From positions 512,519 to 576,518 of the forward strand of contig CBDDPW010000022.1 in assembly GCA_965232535.1 (NCBI GenBank): DNA of 64,000 nucleotides, in the 5' to 3' direction. The notes beneath the pieces are model-generated. The model ran no database searches and was not told the origin of the DNA. It saw only the letters and a list, made by a program, of their open reading frames with translations. The translations under genes and the position numbers were made by a program. This DNA comes from Candidatus Poribacteria bacterium. Its GTDB lineage: Bacteria; Poribacteria; WGA-4E; JAJDTR01. Each line of letters opens with the position of its first letter. The stretch's first letter is position 1. Positions 52,589 to 63,120 of this stretch are shown here, piece after piece.

Positions 52589-54061
52589 ATGATTCAAGAA
52601 CGACGAATACTTTACGAACACCTTGATGTCCCAGGTATGAACACTTATGATGTGTTTCGCCAGTACGATGGCTACAAACGCTTCGAGCAGGCGCTTGAGG
52701 AGTATCAACCGGACGAGATTTCCGACATGGTGATGAAGTCGGGATTGAAAGGCAGAGGCGGCGCGGGATTCTCGACCGGACTAAAATGGAGTTTTGTGCC
52801 GCGCGATATCGAGCCACGTTACCTGTGTTGCAATGCCGATGAGAGCGAACCCGGCACCTTCAGCAATCGATATGTCTTGGAGAAAAACCCGCACCTGCTC
52901 ATTGAGGGCATTCTTATATGTTGCTACGCGATGGGGATTCATACCACATACATCTATATTCGCGGCGAATTTACACTCGGCAAGCAAATGCTCGATCAAG
53001 CGATCGCGGAAGCCTACGAGCACGGGTATTTGGGCAAGGATATCCTCGGCAAGGGTTTTGATTTGGATGTGTATTCTCACCCGGGCGCCGGAGCCTATAT
53101 CTGTGGCGAGGAGACGGGGCTGATTGAATCGCTGGAAGGAAAACGGGGCCAACCTCGAAACAAACCGCCATTCCCGGCAGTGTCCGGCGTGTTCAACAAA
53201 CCGACTGTCGTGCAGAATGTGGAGACATTGTGCAATTTGCCGTTCATCATTGATAAAGGCGTCGAATGGTACACGAGCATGGGTCCCACCTACGGCGACA
53301 CGAGATTCGATCCGCCTCAGGCTGACCAAAACACCGGCACAAAACTTTACTGCATCAGCGGAGATGTAGAAAAACCCGGCGTTTATGAGCTAGACCTCGG
53401 ACTCACCTGCGAAGAACTGATTGAAGTTGCGGGAGGACTCAGGGGCGATCGCGTAAAAGCCGTCATCCCAGGTGGCAGTTCGGCACCAATCCTGACGCAC
53501 TATGAGTTGGACACGCGCTTGGACTTCACTTCCCTGACGTTGGCAAAGTCGATGCTCGGCTCCGGGGGTATCATTGTAATGAATGATTCCCGAAACATCG
53601 TCGATTGTCTGCTGAACATCATAAAATTTTATGCCCACGAATCGTGTGGACAGTGCACACCGTGCCGTTGGGGGACACCTTGGGTGCGGGATATCGTTCA
53701 ACGAATCGCGGATGGCGAGGGACGTAAATCCACGATTGCCCGACCAAAGTTTGGTGTCGCGGAAAACGGCAGATGGGGCGACACCGGGGAGATGGAGGAA
53801 ATCTTTGAGGATCTTGACTTGCTGGAGAGCGTTGCGAACAACATCGCGAATGTGGATACGATGACGTGGAATACGATTTGTGTCTTTGGTATCGCTGTTT
53901 CATGGCCTGCCGTGAGCTACATGCGCAAGTTCCGACCCGAGTTTGAAGCCTGCATTCGCGAGAGCAAGCTGGTTACCCTCCCGGTCGACGAAGCGACGGT
54001 TCCACCCGAAGAAAATTATGCGTACCAACAGCGGATTATCCCCAAGCTGCTTGAAACGTAA
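52589..54061 (+). CDS. nuoF: NADH-quinone oxidoreductase subunit F (FMN, 4Fe-4S)
   Basis: 490 aa, GRGGAGFSTGLKW (FMN/NADH site) and the ESCGQCTPCR N3 cluster motif. Confidence 0.95.
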   Translation: MIQERRILYEHLDVPGMNTYDVFRQYDGYKRFEQALEEYQPDEISDMVMKSGLKGRGGAGFSTGLKWSFVPRDIEPRYLCCNADESEPGTFSNRYVLEKNPHLLIEGILICCYAMGIHTTYIYIRGEFTLGKQMLDQAIAEAYEHGYLGKDILGKGFDLDVYSHPGAGAYICGEETGLIESLEGKRGQPRNKPPFPAVSGVFNKPTVVQNVETLCNLPFIIDKGVEWYTSMGPTYGDTRFDPPQADQNTGTKLYCISGDVEKPGVYELDLGLTCEELIEVAGGLRGDRVKAVIPGGSSAPILTHYELDTRLDFTSLTLAKSMLGSGGIIVMNDSRNIVDCLLNIIKFYAHESCGQCTPCRWGTPWVRDIVQRIADGEGRKSTIARPKFGVAENGRWGDTGEMEEIFEDLDLLESVANNIANVDTMTWNTICVFGIAVSWPAVSYMRKFRPEFEACIRESKLVTLPVDEATVPPEENYAYQQRIIPKLLET

Positions 54062-54437
54062 ATTGTAGTGTAACGGATTGCGCGTCTTGGATTAGATGTC
54101 ACATGTAGATTCGAAATTGTATAAGTACCTGTTTGAAGAGTCCGAATCCGTCTTGGACGAAGGCTATTTTGAGTTAGATGCCTTGAGAATCCGATGACTT
54201 TACCCCTCAAATGACCAAACAATAACTTTACTACCTACTTTTCAAACTGGTTCTAAGCTGGGCTTTGTACATTTGAAAGACACAACAGTCAGCAATAATC
54301 AATTGTTTCCGGATAACGGAGAAGATTTTTATTCTCTCGGCCTTTGTGGTTGACCTTTGAAAAAATCGCTGGTAATTTCCAGTACCATCACGACGGGGCA
54401 AGGTGCCCCGCATGATTCCTATGAAGGAGATAAATTC

Positions 54438-57400
54438 ATGAGAGTCAAATCTTTGTTGCTTCTGTTGATATTCGTCTCAATCTCGCTGACGGCAACGGCA
54501 CAAACGACGGTGGATATCCCCGATCCCAACCTCCGCGCAGCCATCGCGGAGGCGCTCAGCAAAGCGCCGGACGACCCGATCCTCACGAGCGAGATGGCAA
54601 CACTAACCCAACTTTTGATGGGCGATGCCGGAATTAGCGATTTAACCGGGCTTGAGTGGGCAACCAACCTGACAGGGCTTAATCTTGAAGGCAACTCACT
54701 ATCGGATATCTCGCTCTTGGCGAACTTGACCAACCTGAGAGTGCTTTCTCTTGGTTTTAACTCACTATCGGATGTCTCGCCCTTGGCGGACTTAACCAAC
54801 CTGACACAGCTTTCTCTTGGTTTTAACTCACTATCGGATATCTCGCTCTTGGCGAACTTAACCAACCTGAGCGTGCTTTCTCTTGGTTTTAACTCACTAT
54901 CGGATATCTCGCTCTTGGCGAACTTAACCAACCTGACAGTGCTTAATCTTAGTGGCAACCCACTATCGGATATCTCGCCCTTGGCGGACTTAACCAACCT
55001 GACACAGCTTGCTCTTGGTTTTAACTCACTATCGGATATCTCGCTCTTGGCGAACTTAACCAACCTGAGCGTGCTTTCTCTTGGTTTTAACTCACTATCG
55101 GATATCTCGCCCTTGGCGGACTTAACCAACCTGACACAGCTTGCTCTTGATGGCAACTCACTATCGGATATCTTGCCCTTGGCAAACTTAACCAACCTGA
55201 CAGTGCTTAATCTTAGTGGCAACTCACTATCGGATATCTCGCCCTTGGCGGACTTAACCAACCTGACACAGCTTGCTCTTGGTTTCAATTCACTATCGGA
55301 TATCTCACCCTTGGCGAACTTAACCAACCTGAGCGTGCTTTCTCTTCGTAGCACCTCAACATCGGATATCTCGCCCTTGGCGAACTTAGCCAACCTGACA
55401 CAGCTTAATCTTGAGAGAAACCCTCTGAATTACCCGGCAATTCATACGCACATCCCAGCCCTCGAAAGCAAAGGGGTTAGCGTCTCTTATGACGATCGCA
55501 CCCCGGCCTCACTTCACAAAATCTCCGGTGACGAGACCGCGTCAGATAACTCGCTGCTGATTGTGGAGGTCAAAGGGAGCGACAACCGCCCGTTCGAAGG
55601 GGTTCCGGTGACGTTCGCCATTGTGTCGGGCGGAGGCGCTCTCGGTGTCACAAGCACAACCACCGATGCGCAAGGCAGGGCACAGAGTGAACTCACCTTG
55701 GGTTCCGACGGGGAACCGAACCGTGTCGCCGTGTCTGCTGTCCCGTTCGGGCTGGAGACGCTCTTTAATCTGTCGGCGGCGGTGAATGTCCCCGATCCCA
55801 ACCTCCGCGCCGCCATCGCGGAGACGCTCGGAAAAGCGCCGGACGACCCTTTTTTCACGCATGAGATGGCAACCCTAACCGAACTTGTTGCGGGTGCGTG
55901 GGCGATCAGAATTAGCGATTTGACCGGGCTTGAGGAGGCAACCAACCTGACCTACCTTCATATTTCTAACACCTCAACATTGAGTCTCTCGCCCTTGGCG
56001 GACTTGACCAACCTGACAACGCTTACTCTTTCTAAATCAATATCGGACCTCTCGTCCTTGGCAGACTTAACCAACTTGACAGCGCTTTCTCTTTCGCCTT
56101 CTTCAACATCGGATCTCTCGCCCTTGGCGAGCCTAACCAACCTGACAACGCTTACTCTTGGCGGCTCAATATCGGACCTCTCTCCCTTGGCGAGCTTAAC
56201 CAGCCTAACAACGCTTACTTTTGATGGCTCAAAATCGGACCTCTCTCTCTTGCCGAACTTGACCAACCTAACAGCGCTCTATATTTATAACACCTTAATA
56301 TCGGATCTCTCGCCCTTGGCGAATTTAACCAACCTGACACACCTCAATCTTAGTCTTTCGTCAACATCGGATCTCACTCCCTTGGTGAACTTGACCAACT
56401 TGACAACGCTTACTCTGGGTGGATCAATATCGGATATCTCGGGCTTGGCGAACTTAACTAGCCTGACAGAGCTTGATCTTCATGGCTCAATATTGGATCT
56501 CTCGCCCTTGGCTATCTTAACCAACTTGACACAGCTTCGTCTTCGTCTTTCGCCCGACTCAACATCGGACATCTCGCCCTTGGCGAACTTAACCAATCTG
56601 ACACAGCTTTTTCTTGGTCTTTCCCCCAACTCAATATCGGACATCTCGCCCTTGGCGAACCTAACCAACCTGACAGACCTTACTCTTTATGGCTCAATAT
56701 TGGATCTCTCGCCCTTGATGCACTTAACCGACCTGACATACCTTAATATTCGCGGAATCCCACTGAGTTATCCGGCCATTCATACGCACATTCCAGCCCT
56801 CCAAAGCAAAGGGGTTAACGTTTCTTATGACGATCGCACCCCGGCCTCACTTCATAAAATCTCCGGCGACGAGACCGCGTCAGATAACTCGTTGCTGATC
56901 GTGGAGGTCAAGGGAAGCAAAAACCTCCTGTTCGAAGGGGTTCCGGTGACGTTCGCCATCGTGGCTGGCGGAGGCGCTCTCAGTGTTACAAGCACAACCA
57001 CGGATGCGCAAGGCAGGGCACAGAGTGAACTCACATTGGGATCCGACGGGGAACCGAATCGTGTCACCGCGTCTGTCGTCCCGTTCGGGCTGGAGGCGCT
57101 CTTTAGTGTCGGGCAGTCGGCTGTGGATATCCCCGATCTCAACCTCCGCGCTGCCATCGCGGAGGCGCTGGGCAAAGCGTTGAACGACACATTCTTCACG
57201 AGCGAGATGGCAACCCTAACCGAACTTGCGACGACGCGGGGAGGCGGAATTAGCGACTTGACCGGGCTTGAGAGGGCAACCAACCTGACAACGCTTAATC
57301 TTCGTCTTTCGTCAGGCTCAATTCCGGGACTCTCGTCCTTGGCGAAATTAACCAACCTGACACAATTTTCTCTTCAAGGCTCAATATCGGACCTCTCGCC

Positions 57401-58846
57401 CTTCGCGAACCTAACCAACCTGACAGGCCTTTATCTTTGGGCAAATTCAATATCGGACTTCTCGCCATTGGCAGGATTAACAAATCTAAAAGAACTCTCC
57501 CTTGGCGACCCTGTCCGATTAGACTCTTCAACCCTGCCAAGTTTAGCCAACCTTCAAGTGTTGAATATTTTTGGCTTCACCTGGCAGTGGGCAGGCGACC
57601 CGCCATTTCATGGACTCAGTGGGTTGTTAGACCCGACATTCTTGGCAGGATTTCCGAACCTGACAGAGTTAGTTATTTCCAACGCTGGCTACGCAAACTA
57701 CAATCTTTCAAACATTTCGCCCGTAGCAGGTTTAAGCAGGCTGGAAAAAATCACTCTCAGTCATTGCCTAATTTCTGACATTTCGCCTCTGTTAGAAAAC
57801 ACGGGCTTAGGACAGGGCAGCATAGTCGATGTACGAAGAAACCCTCTCAGTTATGTTTCCCTGCACACCCATATTCCCGAACTCCAAAGCAGGGGCGTCA
57901 CCGTACACTTTGACGATGGAGCATCCCCGGCGCTGCTTAGGGTCTCGGGCGATTACCAAAACGGCGCGGTCTCCACTCCACTGCCTCAACCGTTAGTTAT
58001 TGAGGCGCACGACGAAAACGGTTTTGCAGTCGCAGGGGTTCAGGTCGAATTCACCGTATCTCAAGGCGATGGCGCGCTTGGCGCCGCAATCGCAACGACC
58101 GATGAAAACGGCAGAGCGAAGACTACATTCACACTTGGACCGAATCCCGGAACGAACTCCGTTCACGTGTATGCCCCTGAATTTGAAGGTCACGCTGTGT
58201 TTCACGCTTTCGCCGATTCTGAAATGCCACCGGTTTCGTCAGATGTCAACGACGATGGAACTACGAACATCTTGGATTTGGTTTTGGTCTCCTCCGCGTT
58301 GGGGAGCGCAGGCGACAATCTTGCGGCGGATGTGAATGGAGACGGGGTTGTCGATATTCTGGATTTGGTGTTGGTTGCGGGTATGCTTGGGGATGCGGCG
58401 GCTGCGCCTTCGGCGCGTCTACAAGCGCTTGAGACATTTACGGAGGCGGAGGTCAAGCAGTGGCTGAACGATATAAGACTCTTGCGGTTAGAGGATCCCA
58501 TAGCGCAAAGAGGGATAATGATGCTTGAGCGGCTTTTGGCATTACTAATCCCGGAAGAGACGGAACTGTTAGCGAACTATCCGAATCCGTTCAACCCGGA
58601 AACGTGGATACCGTATCGACTGGCGGAGAGCGCTTTCGTAACGTTGACTATCTATGACCTAAGTGGTCAGGTGGTACGGACTCTGGATGTTGGGCGCCAA
58701 ATTGCGTCCGCCTACGAGAATCGGTCAAAAGCAATCTACTGGGACGGCAGAAACGAGTTGGGTAGCGGGCGGCAAGCGGCGTCTATTTCTATCACCTGTC
58801 TGCCGGGGATTATTCGGCGACGCGGAAAATGCTGATTCTGAAGTGA
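54438..58846 (+). CDS. large secreted surface protein: signal peptide + three internalin-like LRR blocks + three Ig-like (Big) domains + type I dockerin repeat + T9SS C-terminal sorting domain (frameshift near 58783)
   Basis: Start MRVKSLLLLLIFVSISLTATAQ (the ORF opens at 54357). 22-23-aa LRR units (LSxNxLSDISPLAxLTNLTxL). Ig-like modules (..LLIVEVKGS..VPVTFAIVSGGGAL..TTDAQGRAQSELTLG..). Dockerin (DVNDDGTTNILDLV..DVNGDGVVDILDLV). CTD (NYPNPFNPETWIPYRL..LTIYDLSGQVVRTLD..WDGRNELG). The annotated frame ends at 58835. The canonical CTD end (..SGVYFYHLSAGDYSATRKMLILK*) is in the -1/+2 frame and ends at 58846. Confidence 0.85.
54640..55410. repeat. ~11 tandem 69-bp (23-codon) LRR units, nearly identical at DNA level, inside the surface-protein gene
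   Basis: Units such as aacctgacacagctttctcttggttttaactcactatcggatatctcgc(c/t)cttggcg(a/g)acttaacc recur with >90% nucleotide identity. They generate long antisense ORF artefacts (54419-55393 minus). Confidence 0.8.
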
Positions 58847-58904
58847 ACGCGCCGGCGCCCTATCGGATCTCTACCGCCTTGGGATCTATATAGGAGTTCT
58901 ATCG

Positions 58905-59112
58905 AGTTCGTTAATCACTCACTTGATCACTCGCTATTCGCTCGCTTGATTTATTCGCTCAGTTGATCCCACGCTGAGGCTTTGGTTTAGTGTGGCTTGG
59001 CCTGCTATACACCTTTCGCGCCGCTGCGCTCTCAAAGGCTGGTGCGCAGTGCGCACCTTACAAGAAATGGTGGGCAGTGCCCACCCTACAAATGTACAAA
59101 GTCGAGCTTAGC
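58905..59112. repeat. cluster of small palindromic elements between the surface-protein gene and nuoG: reverse-oriented ATCAAG/GAATAG units (58911-58975), GGTGCGCAGTGCGCACC (59040-59057), REP-B (59066-59112)
   Basis: Direct sequence matches to the families seen at 19118-19245, 2959-2975 and 51893-51938. Confidence 0.65.
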
Positions 59113-59144
59113 ATCATACTCTTTGCCTAGATTTTGAGGAAATC

Positions 59145-60815
59145 ATGGCACTCATCAAACTAAACGACCTTGAAGTTGAAGTACCGGACGGAATCAATGT
59201 TGTCGAAGCTGCGCGCATGCACGGCATCGAGGTGCCGCACTATTGCTATCATCCGGGATTGAGCAGTCCGGCGAACTGCCGCATGTGCCTTGTAGAGCCT
59301 CATGTGTTTTTCCCACCCGCCGGTAAGGTGGTGCCAGACCGCCAGTTAGCGACGGGATGCACCGCCGTGATTAGAACCGCGCCGCCCGACCGGAAACTTG
59401 ATGGGAAATTTGACTACATCGTTCAGACAGACTCCCCGCGTGTCAAGAAGGCACGTGAGGATATCCTTGAGTTTTTGCTGGTTCATCACCCATTGGATTG
59501 CCCGGTGTGTGATCAGGCTGGCGAGTGCGACCTCCAGGACTTCAGTTACCGGCACGGGCATGACAAGAGCAGGTATGTCGAGGTCAAGAACGTTCCGCCC
59601 AAGAAGGATTTGGGACCCGATGTTCTTCTTTATTCCACGCGATGTATTGTCTGCACCCGCTGCATCCGATTTTGTGACGAAGTGGCGGGTTCCGGAGAGC
59701 TGGGACTAATTCAACGCGGCTCACATGATGAGATTGACATCCCACGCGCGCATGATGGAACTCCTCTGCAACTGTTGGACAACAAGCTAGCTGGCAATGT
59801 CGTGGATATCTGCCCCGTGGGAGCGCTGATTAGCAAAGATTTCCTGTTCAAGTCCCGACCATGGTTCATGAAGAAGGTGAACAGCGTCTGTCCCGGATGC
59901 AGCGTGGGGTGCAACATCACGGTTGAATTCAAAGAGGATGGCGTTTACCGCTTGAAACCGCGATACCACGCGGACATCAACGAGCACTGGATGTGCGACG
60001 ACGGTCGTCTCGGTTACGAATATGTCAATAGCGAGGACCGGCTCCAAATTCCGATGAAACGAGAAAACGAGGAACTTGCCCCGACCTCTTGGGAGGACGT
60101 GCTACAACTGATGGCGGACAGGCTGTCGGCAGCGGAAGCGGATTCTATCGTCGTCATAGGATCGGCGCAGGGCACCAATGAGGAGAACTATCTCTTGAGG
60201 AAATTGGCGCATGATGTGCTCAAAACGGATCGGATCGGTTTGTTCGGGCGAAAGGCGGGCGAAGAACACAAGTTCCCGCAGTTCACGATTGAATCGGACA
60301 AGAATCCGAACACACGCGGCGCACGAGATATGCTGGGCGCATCTACAAATGGAAATGGGACCGCTACAGCCGTCATTGAGGAGGAAAAACTCTGGGAGAG
60401 TTTATCCGATGCGAAGGTCGTGTACCTCGTAAACGGCTCGCCGGAACGTCCTCTCACCGATACGGAGAGAGCCGCTTTAGAAAACGTGGATTTTCTCATT
60501 GTGCAGGATATCTTCCTGTCCGATGTTGCACAACTCGCGGATGTGGTCTTGCCGAGTACAACCTTCACGGAAAAGGATGGCAGTTTTACCAATTCAGCGG
60601 GATGGGTACAGCGCATCCACAAAGCCACGGATCCCCCCGGTGAAGCGCGCATTGATTGGGAGATTATCCAGCAGGTAGCAAAGCGGCTGGCTGGGGAGTT
60701 CGAATACCACTTTGCAGGAGAGATTGCGGCGGAGATTGCAGCCACCGTGCCCGGTTATTCTGAGGCAACGCATCAGCAGATTGGGGATAGTGGCGTGAAA
60801 CTTCAGGACGAATAA
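59145..60815 (+). CDS. nuoG: NADH-quinone oxidoreductase subunit G (short form, 556 aa)
   Basis: N-terminal 2Fe-2S ferredoxin (CYHPGLSSPANCRMC), a His-ligated 4Fe-4S (HHPLDCPVCDQAGECDLQ) and further 4Fe-4S cysteines (CIVCTRCIRFC). The molybdopterin-like domain is truncated. Confidence 0.9.
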   Translation: MALIKLNDLEVEVPDGINVVEAARMHGIEVPHYCYHPGLSSPANCRMCLVEPHVFFPPAGKVVPDRQLATGCTAVIRTAPPDRKLDGKFDYIVQTDSPRVKKAREDILEFLLVHHPLDCPVCDQAGECDLQDFSYRHGHDKSRYVEVKNVPPKKDLGPDVLLYSTRCIVCTRCIRFCDEVAGSGELGLIQRGSHDEIDIPRAHDGTPLQLLDNKLAGNVVDICPVGALISKDFLFKSRPWFMKKVNSVCPGCSVGCNITVEFKEDGVYRLKPRYHADINEHWMCDDGRLGYEYVNSEDRLQIPMKRENEELAPTSWEDVLQLMADRLSAAEADSIVVIGSAQGTNEENYLLRKLAHDVLKTDRIGLFGRKAGEEHKFPQFTIESDKNPNTRGARDMLGASTNGNGTATAVIEEEKLWESLSDAKVVYLVNGSPERPLTDTERAALENVDFLIVQDIFLSDVAQLADVVLPSTTFTEKDGSFTNSAGWVQRIHKATDPPGEARIDWEIIQQVAKRLAGEFEYHFAGEIAAEIAATVPGYSEATHQQIGDSGVKLQDE

Positions 60816-60837
60816 CCCGTGCCCAAAATAGGTCGAT

Positions 60838-62022
60838 ATGGATTTACCACTTCATGTTTTCATCATTAGTTCGCTAATCAAGATTCTCATCGTCGTCCAT
60901 GTGCTACTGATTGGAGTCATGGCGATGATTCTCGCGGAACGAAAGGTAAGTGGATGGATACAGGATCGGCATGGGCCGAACCGTGTCGGACCGTGGGGGA
61001 TATTGCAGCCTATTGCCGACGGCATCAAATTTTTCCTGAAGGAGGACTTGATTCCCGACCATGTGGACAAACCGATATATGTGCTTGCGCCCGCGATACT
61101 CCTCGTACCGGCGCTTATCATCTGTGCGGTCGTCCCCTTCGGGAGTTCGATCACGGTCGCCGGATATGAGATTCCACTCCAGATTGCGGACATAAATATC
61201 GGTATTCTTTATGTTCTGGCGATTACTTCGTTAGGGGTATACGGGGTTGTGCTTGGCGCCTGGTCATCGAATAACAAATACTCGTTACTCGGCGGCTTGC
61301 GGTCTTCGGCGCAAATGATCAGCTATGAGCTAACGTTGGGGCTCGCCATTATCGGAGTGCTCATGTTGTCGGGTTCACTCAGTCTGCGAGAGATTGCCAT
61401 AGCGCAGGGCGCCAACCCCTGGAATTGGAATTTCCTGATTCATCTCCCCGCGTTCCTGGCTTTCACGACGGCCGCATTTGCGGAAACCAATCGCTTGCCC
61501 TTTGACCTCGCCGAAGCCGAACAGGAACTTGTCGCCGGATACCACACCGAATATAGCAGCATGAAGTTTGCCATGTATTTCATGGCGGAATACATGAACA
61601 TGATTGTGGGTTCGGCCGTCGCAGTTACGCTGTTTCTCGGCGGTTGGCACCTCTTCGGATTGGAGAACCTCGGCGGTCCCTTTTGGAGTGGCGTGATTTC
61701 AATCGCAATATTCTCCGCCAAGACGGCGCTCTTCCTTTTTGTATTCATCTGGGTTCGCTGGACACTGCCGCGATTCCGATACGACCAGTTGATGAATCTG
61801 GGATGGAAATTCCTGCTGCCGGTCGCTCTCACTTCAATCGTTGTTACGGCGATAGTATGGATTGGAACGCAGTCGAAGTTGTTGGTAGGGGTGTGCAACA
61901 TCGTAGCCGCCTCTGTTGTTGTCGCAATCGTGGCAAGTACGCTGGCGATGCGCCGTGAACCGGAGCAGGTTGAACGTCAGGAACCTAGCTTCATGGAAGG
62001 ATCCTCGTCTGGAAGGACTTAG
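60838..62022 (+). CDS. nuoH: NADH-quinone oxidoreductase subunit H
   Basis: 394 aa, ..AERKVSGWIQDRHGPNRVGPWGILQPIADGIKFF.. is the ND1 signature. Confidence 0.9.
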   Translation: MDLPLHVFIISSLIKILIVVHVLLIGVMAMILAERKVSGWIQDRHGPNRVGPWGILQPIADGIKFFLKEDLIPDHVDKPIYVLAPAILLVPALIICAVVPFGSSITVAGYEIPLQIADINIGILYVLAITSLGVYGVVLGAWSSNNKYSLLGGLRSSAQMISYELTLGLAIIGVLMLSGSLSLREIAIAQGANPWNWNFLIHLPAFLAFTTAAFAETNRLPFDLAEAEQELVAGYHTEYSSMKFAMYFMAEYMNMIVGSAVAVTLFLGGWHLFGLENLGGPFWSGVISIAIFSAKTALFLFVFIWVRWTLPRFRYDQLMNLGWKFLLPVALTSIVVTAIVWIGTQSKLLVGVCNIVAASVVVAIVASTLAMRREPEQVERQEPSFMEGSSSGRT

Positions 62023-62058
62023 CGATGGGTTGCGGTATTGTGCAGGGTAAGAAGAGAG

Positions 62059-62766
62059 ATGAACGCTGAACCGATTCTATTCATCGCATTCGGAGCACTC
62101 GCCCTCATTGGCGCGGTTGCCGTCATCGGGTTCAAGAATCCGGTCTATAGCGCCATTGCCTTAATCGTCACATTTTTCGCGCAAGCGGGGCTTTTTATCT
62201 TGCTCGGCGCGCACTTTGTCGCCGCCGTGCAGGTCATCGTTTATGCAGGTGCGATCATGGTGTTGTTTCTGTTTGTAATCATGCTGCTCAACTTGGGTAG
62301 CGTTGGCGTAGATCGTCCGAAGGCTGGAATAGCAAAAGGCGCGGCGGTCATTCTGGGCATTGTATTCGCGCTTGAAGGCGTCTATATCGCCGTAAATGCG
62401 TCCAAAGATACGGCTGTGGCGCGAGTGAAGCAGGAAAGCGCTGTTGGCGGAGGGGCAATAAGCGCAAAGCAACTTAAAGAATTGAACAAGATACAAACGA
62501 CCTATCAGCTAACGCGCGATGAGATTAACACGGAATACGTCCCGAAGGTAGCTGCGGCAGACAAAACAATGGAAGATCTGACAGCGGACGAGGCTCAGGG
62601 GCTAATTAAAACACTTCAAGGTGAAATGGGGAAAACCGAACGAATCGGAACCGTGTTGTTTAGCAAATTCCTTCTTCCTTTTGAGGTAACTTCGCTAATT
62701 CTCCTCGCTGCCCTGATTGGCGTTATTGCGCTGGTGAAACGGGAGGAACCGAAAGAGGTTTCCTAG
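62059..62766 (+). CDS. nuoJ: NADH-quinone oxidoreductase subunit J, with extended hydrophilic loop
   Basis: Start MNAEP (the ORF opens at 62038). ND6-like TM helices. A ~90-aa hydrophilic insertion (..KDTAVARVKQESAVGGGAISAKQLKELNKIQTTYQL..TLQGEMGKTERIG..) precedes the last TM helix. Confidence 0.85.
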   Translation: MNAEPILFIAFGALALIGAVAVIGFKNPVYSAIALIVTFFAQAGLFILLGAHFVAAVQVIVYAGAIMVLFLFVIMLLNLGSVGVDRPKAGIAKGAAVILGIVFALEGVYIAVNASKDTAVARVKQESAVGGGAISAKQLKELNKIQTTYQLTRDEINTEYVPKVAAADKTMEDLTADEAQGLIKTLQGEMGKTERIGTVLFSKFLLPFEVTSLILLAALIGVIALVKREEPKEVS

Positions 62767-62796
62767 CCGCGACTTGAGATCGTTGAGGATTGAGAT

Positions 62797-63096
62797 ATGA
62801 GTTTGGAATGGTATCTGGGTTTAAGCGCCCTACTTTTTACCGTTGGCGTAATTGGGGTGTTGATTCGAAGGAATGCCATCATTATCTTCATGTGTATCGA
62901 GTTGATGCTCAACGCGGCGAATCTTGCCTTTGTGGCTATATCGCGTGAATTGGGAGACCCTTCGGGACAGGTTTTTGTCTTCTTCGTGATGACCGTCGCG
63001 GCTGCCGAGGTGGCTATCGGACTGGCGATTATTGTGAGTGTTTTCAAGCATCGCGAAACGGTGAATGTTGATGAGGTTGATTCGCTAAAGGGATAA
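62797..63096 (+). CDS. nuoK: NADH-quinone oxidoreductase subunit K
   Basis: 99 aa, three TM helices, conserved ..[16 protein letters not shown].. with the essential Glu residues. Confidence 0.9.
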   Translation: MSLEWYLGLSALLFTVGVIGVLIRRNAIIIFMCIELMLNAANLAFVAISRELGDPSGQVFVFFVMTVAAAEVAIGLAIIVSVFKHRETVNVDEVDSLKG

Positions 63097-63120
63097 GCAG
63101 TCTCAACGTAAAGATTTGAT

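Noticed and set aside
54419-57355. Several long minus-strand ORFs (324, 167, 143 aa) inside the LRR protein gene
   Set aside because: They are artefacts of the low-complexity 69-bp tandem repeats, which keep frames open on both strands. The + strand product has coherent signal peptide, LRR, Ig, dockerin and CTD architecture.
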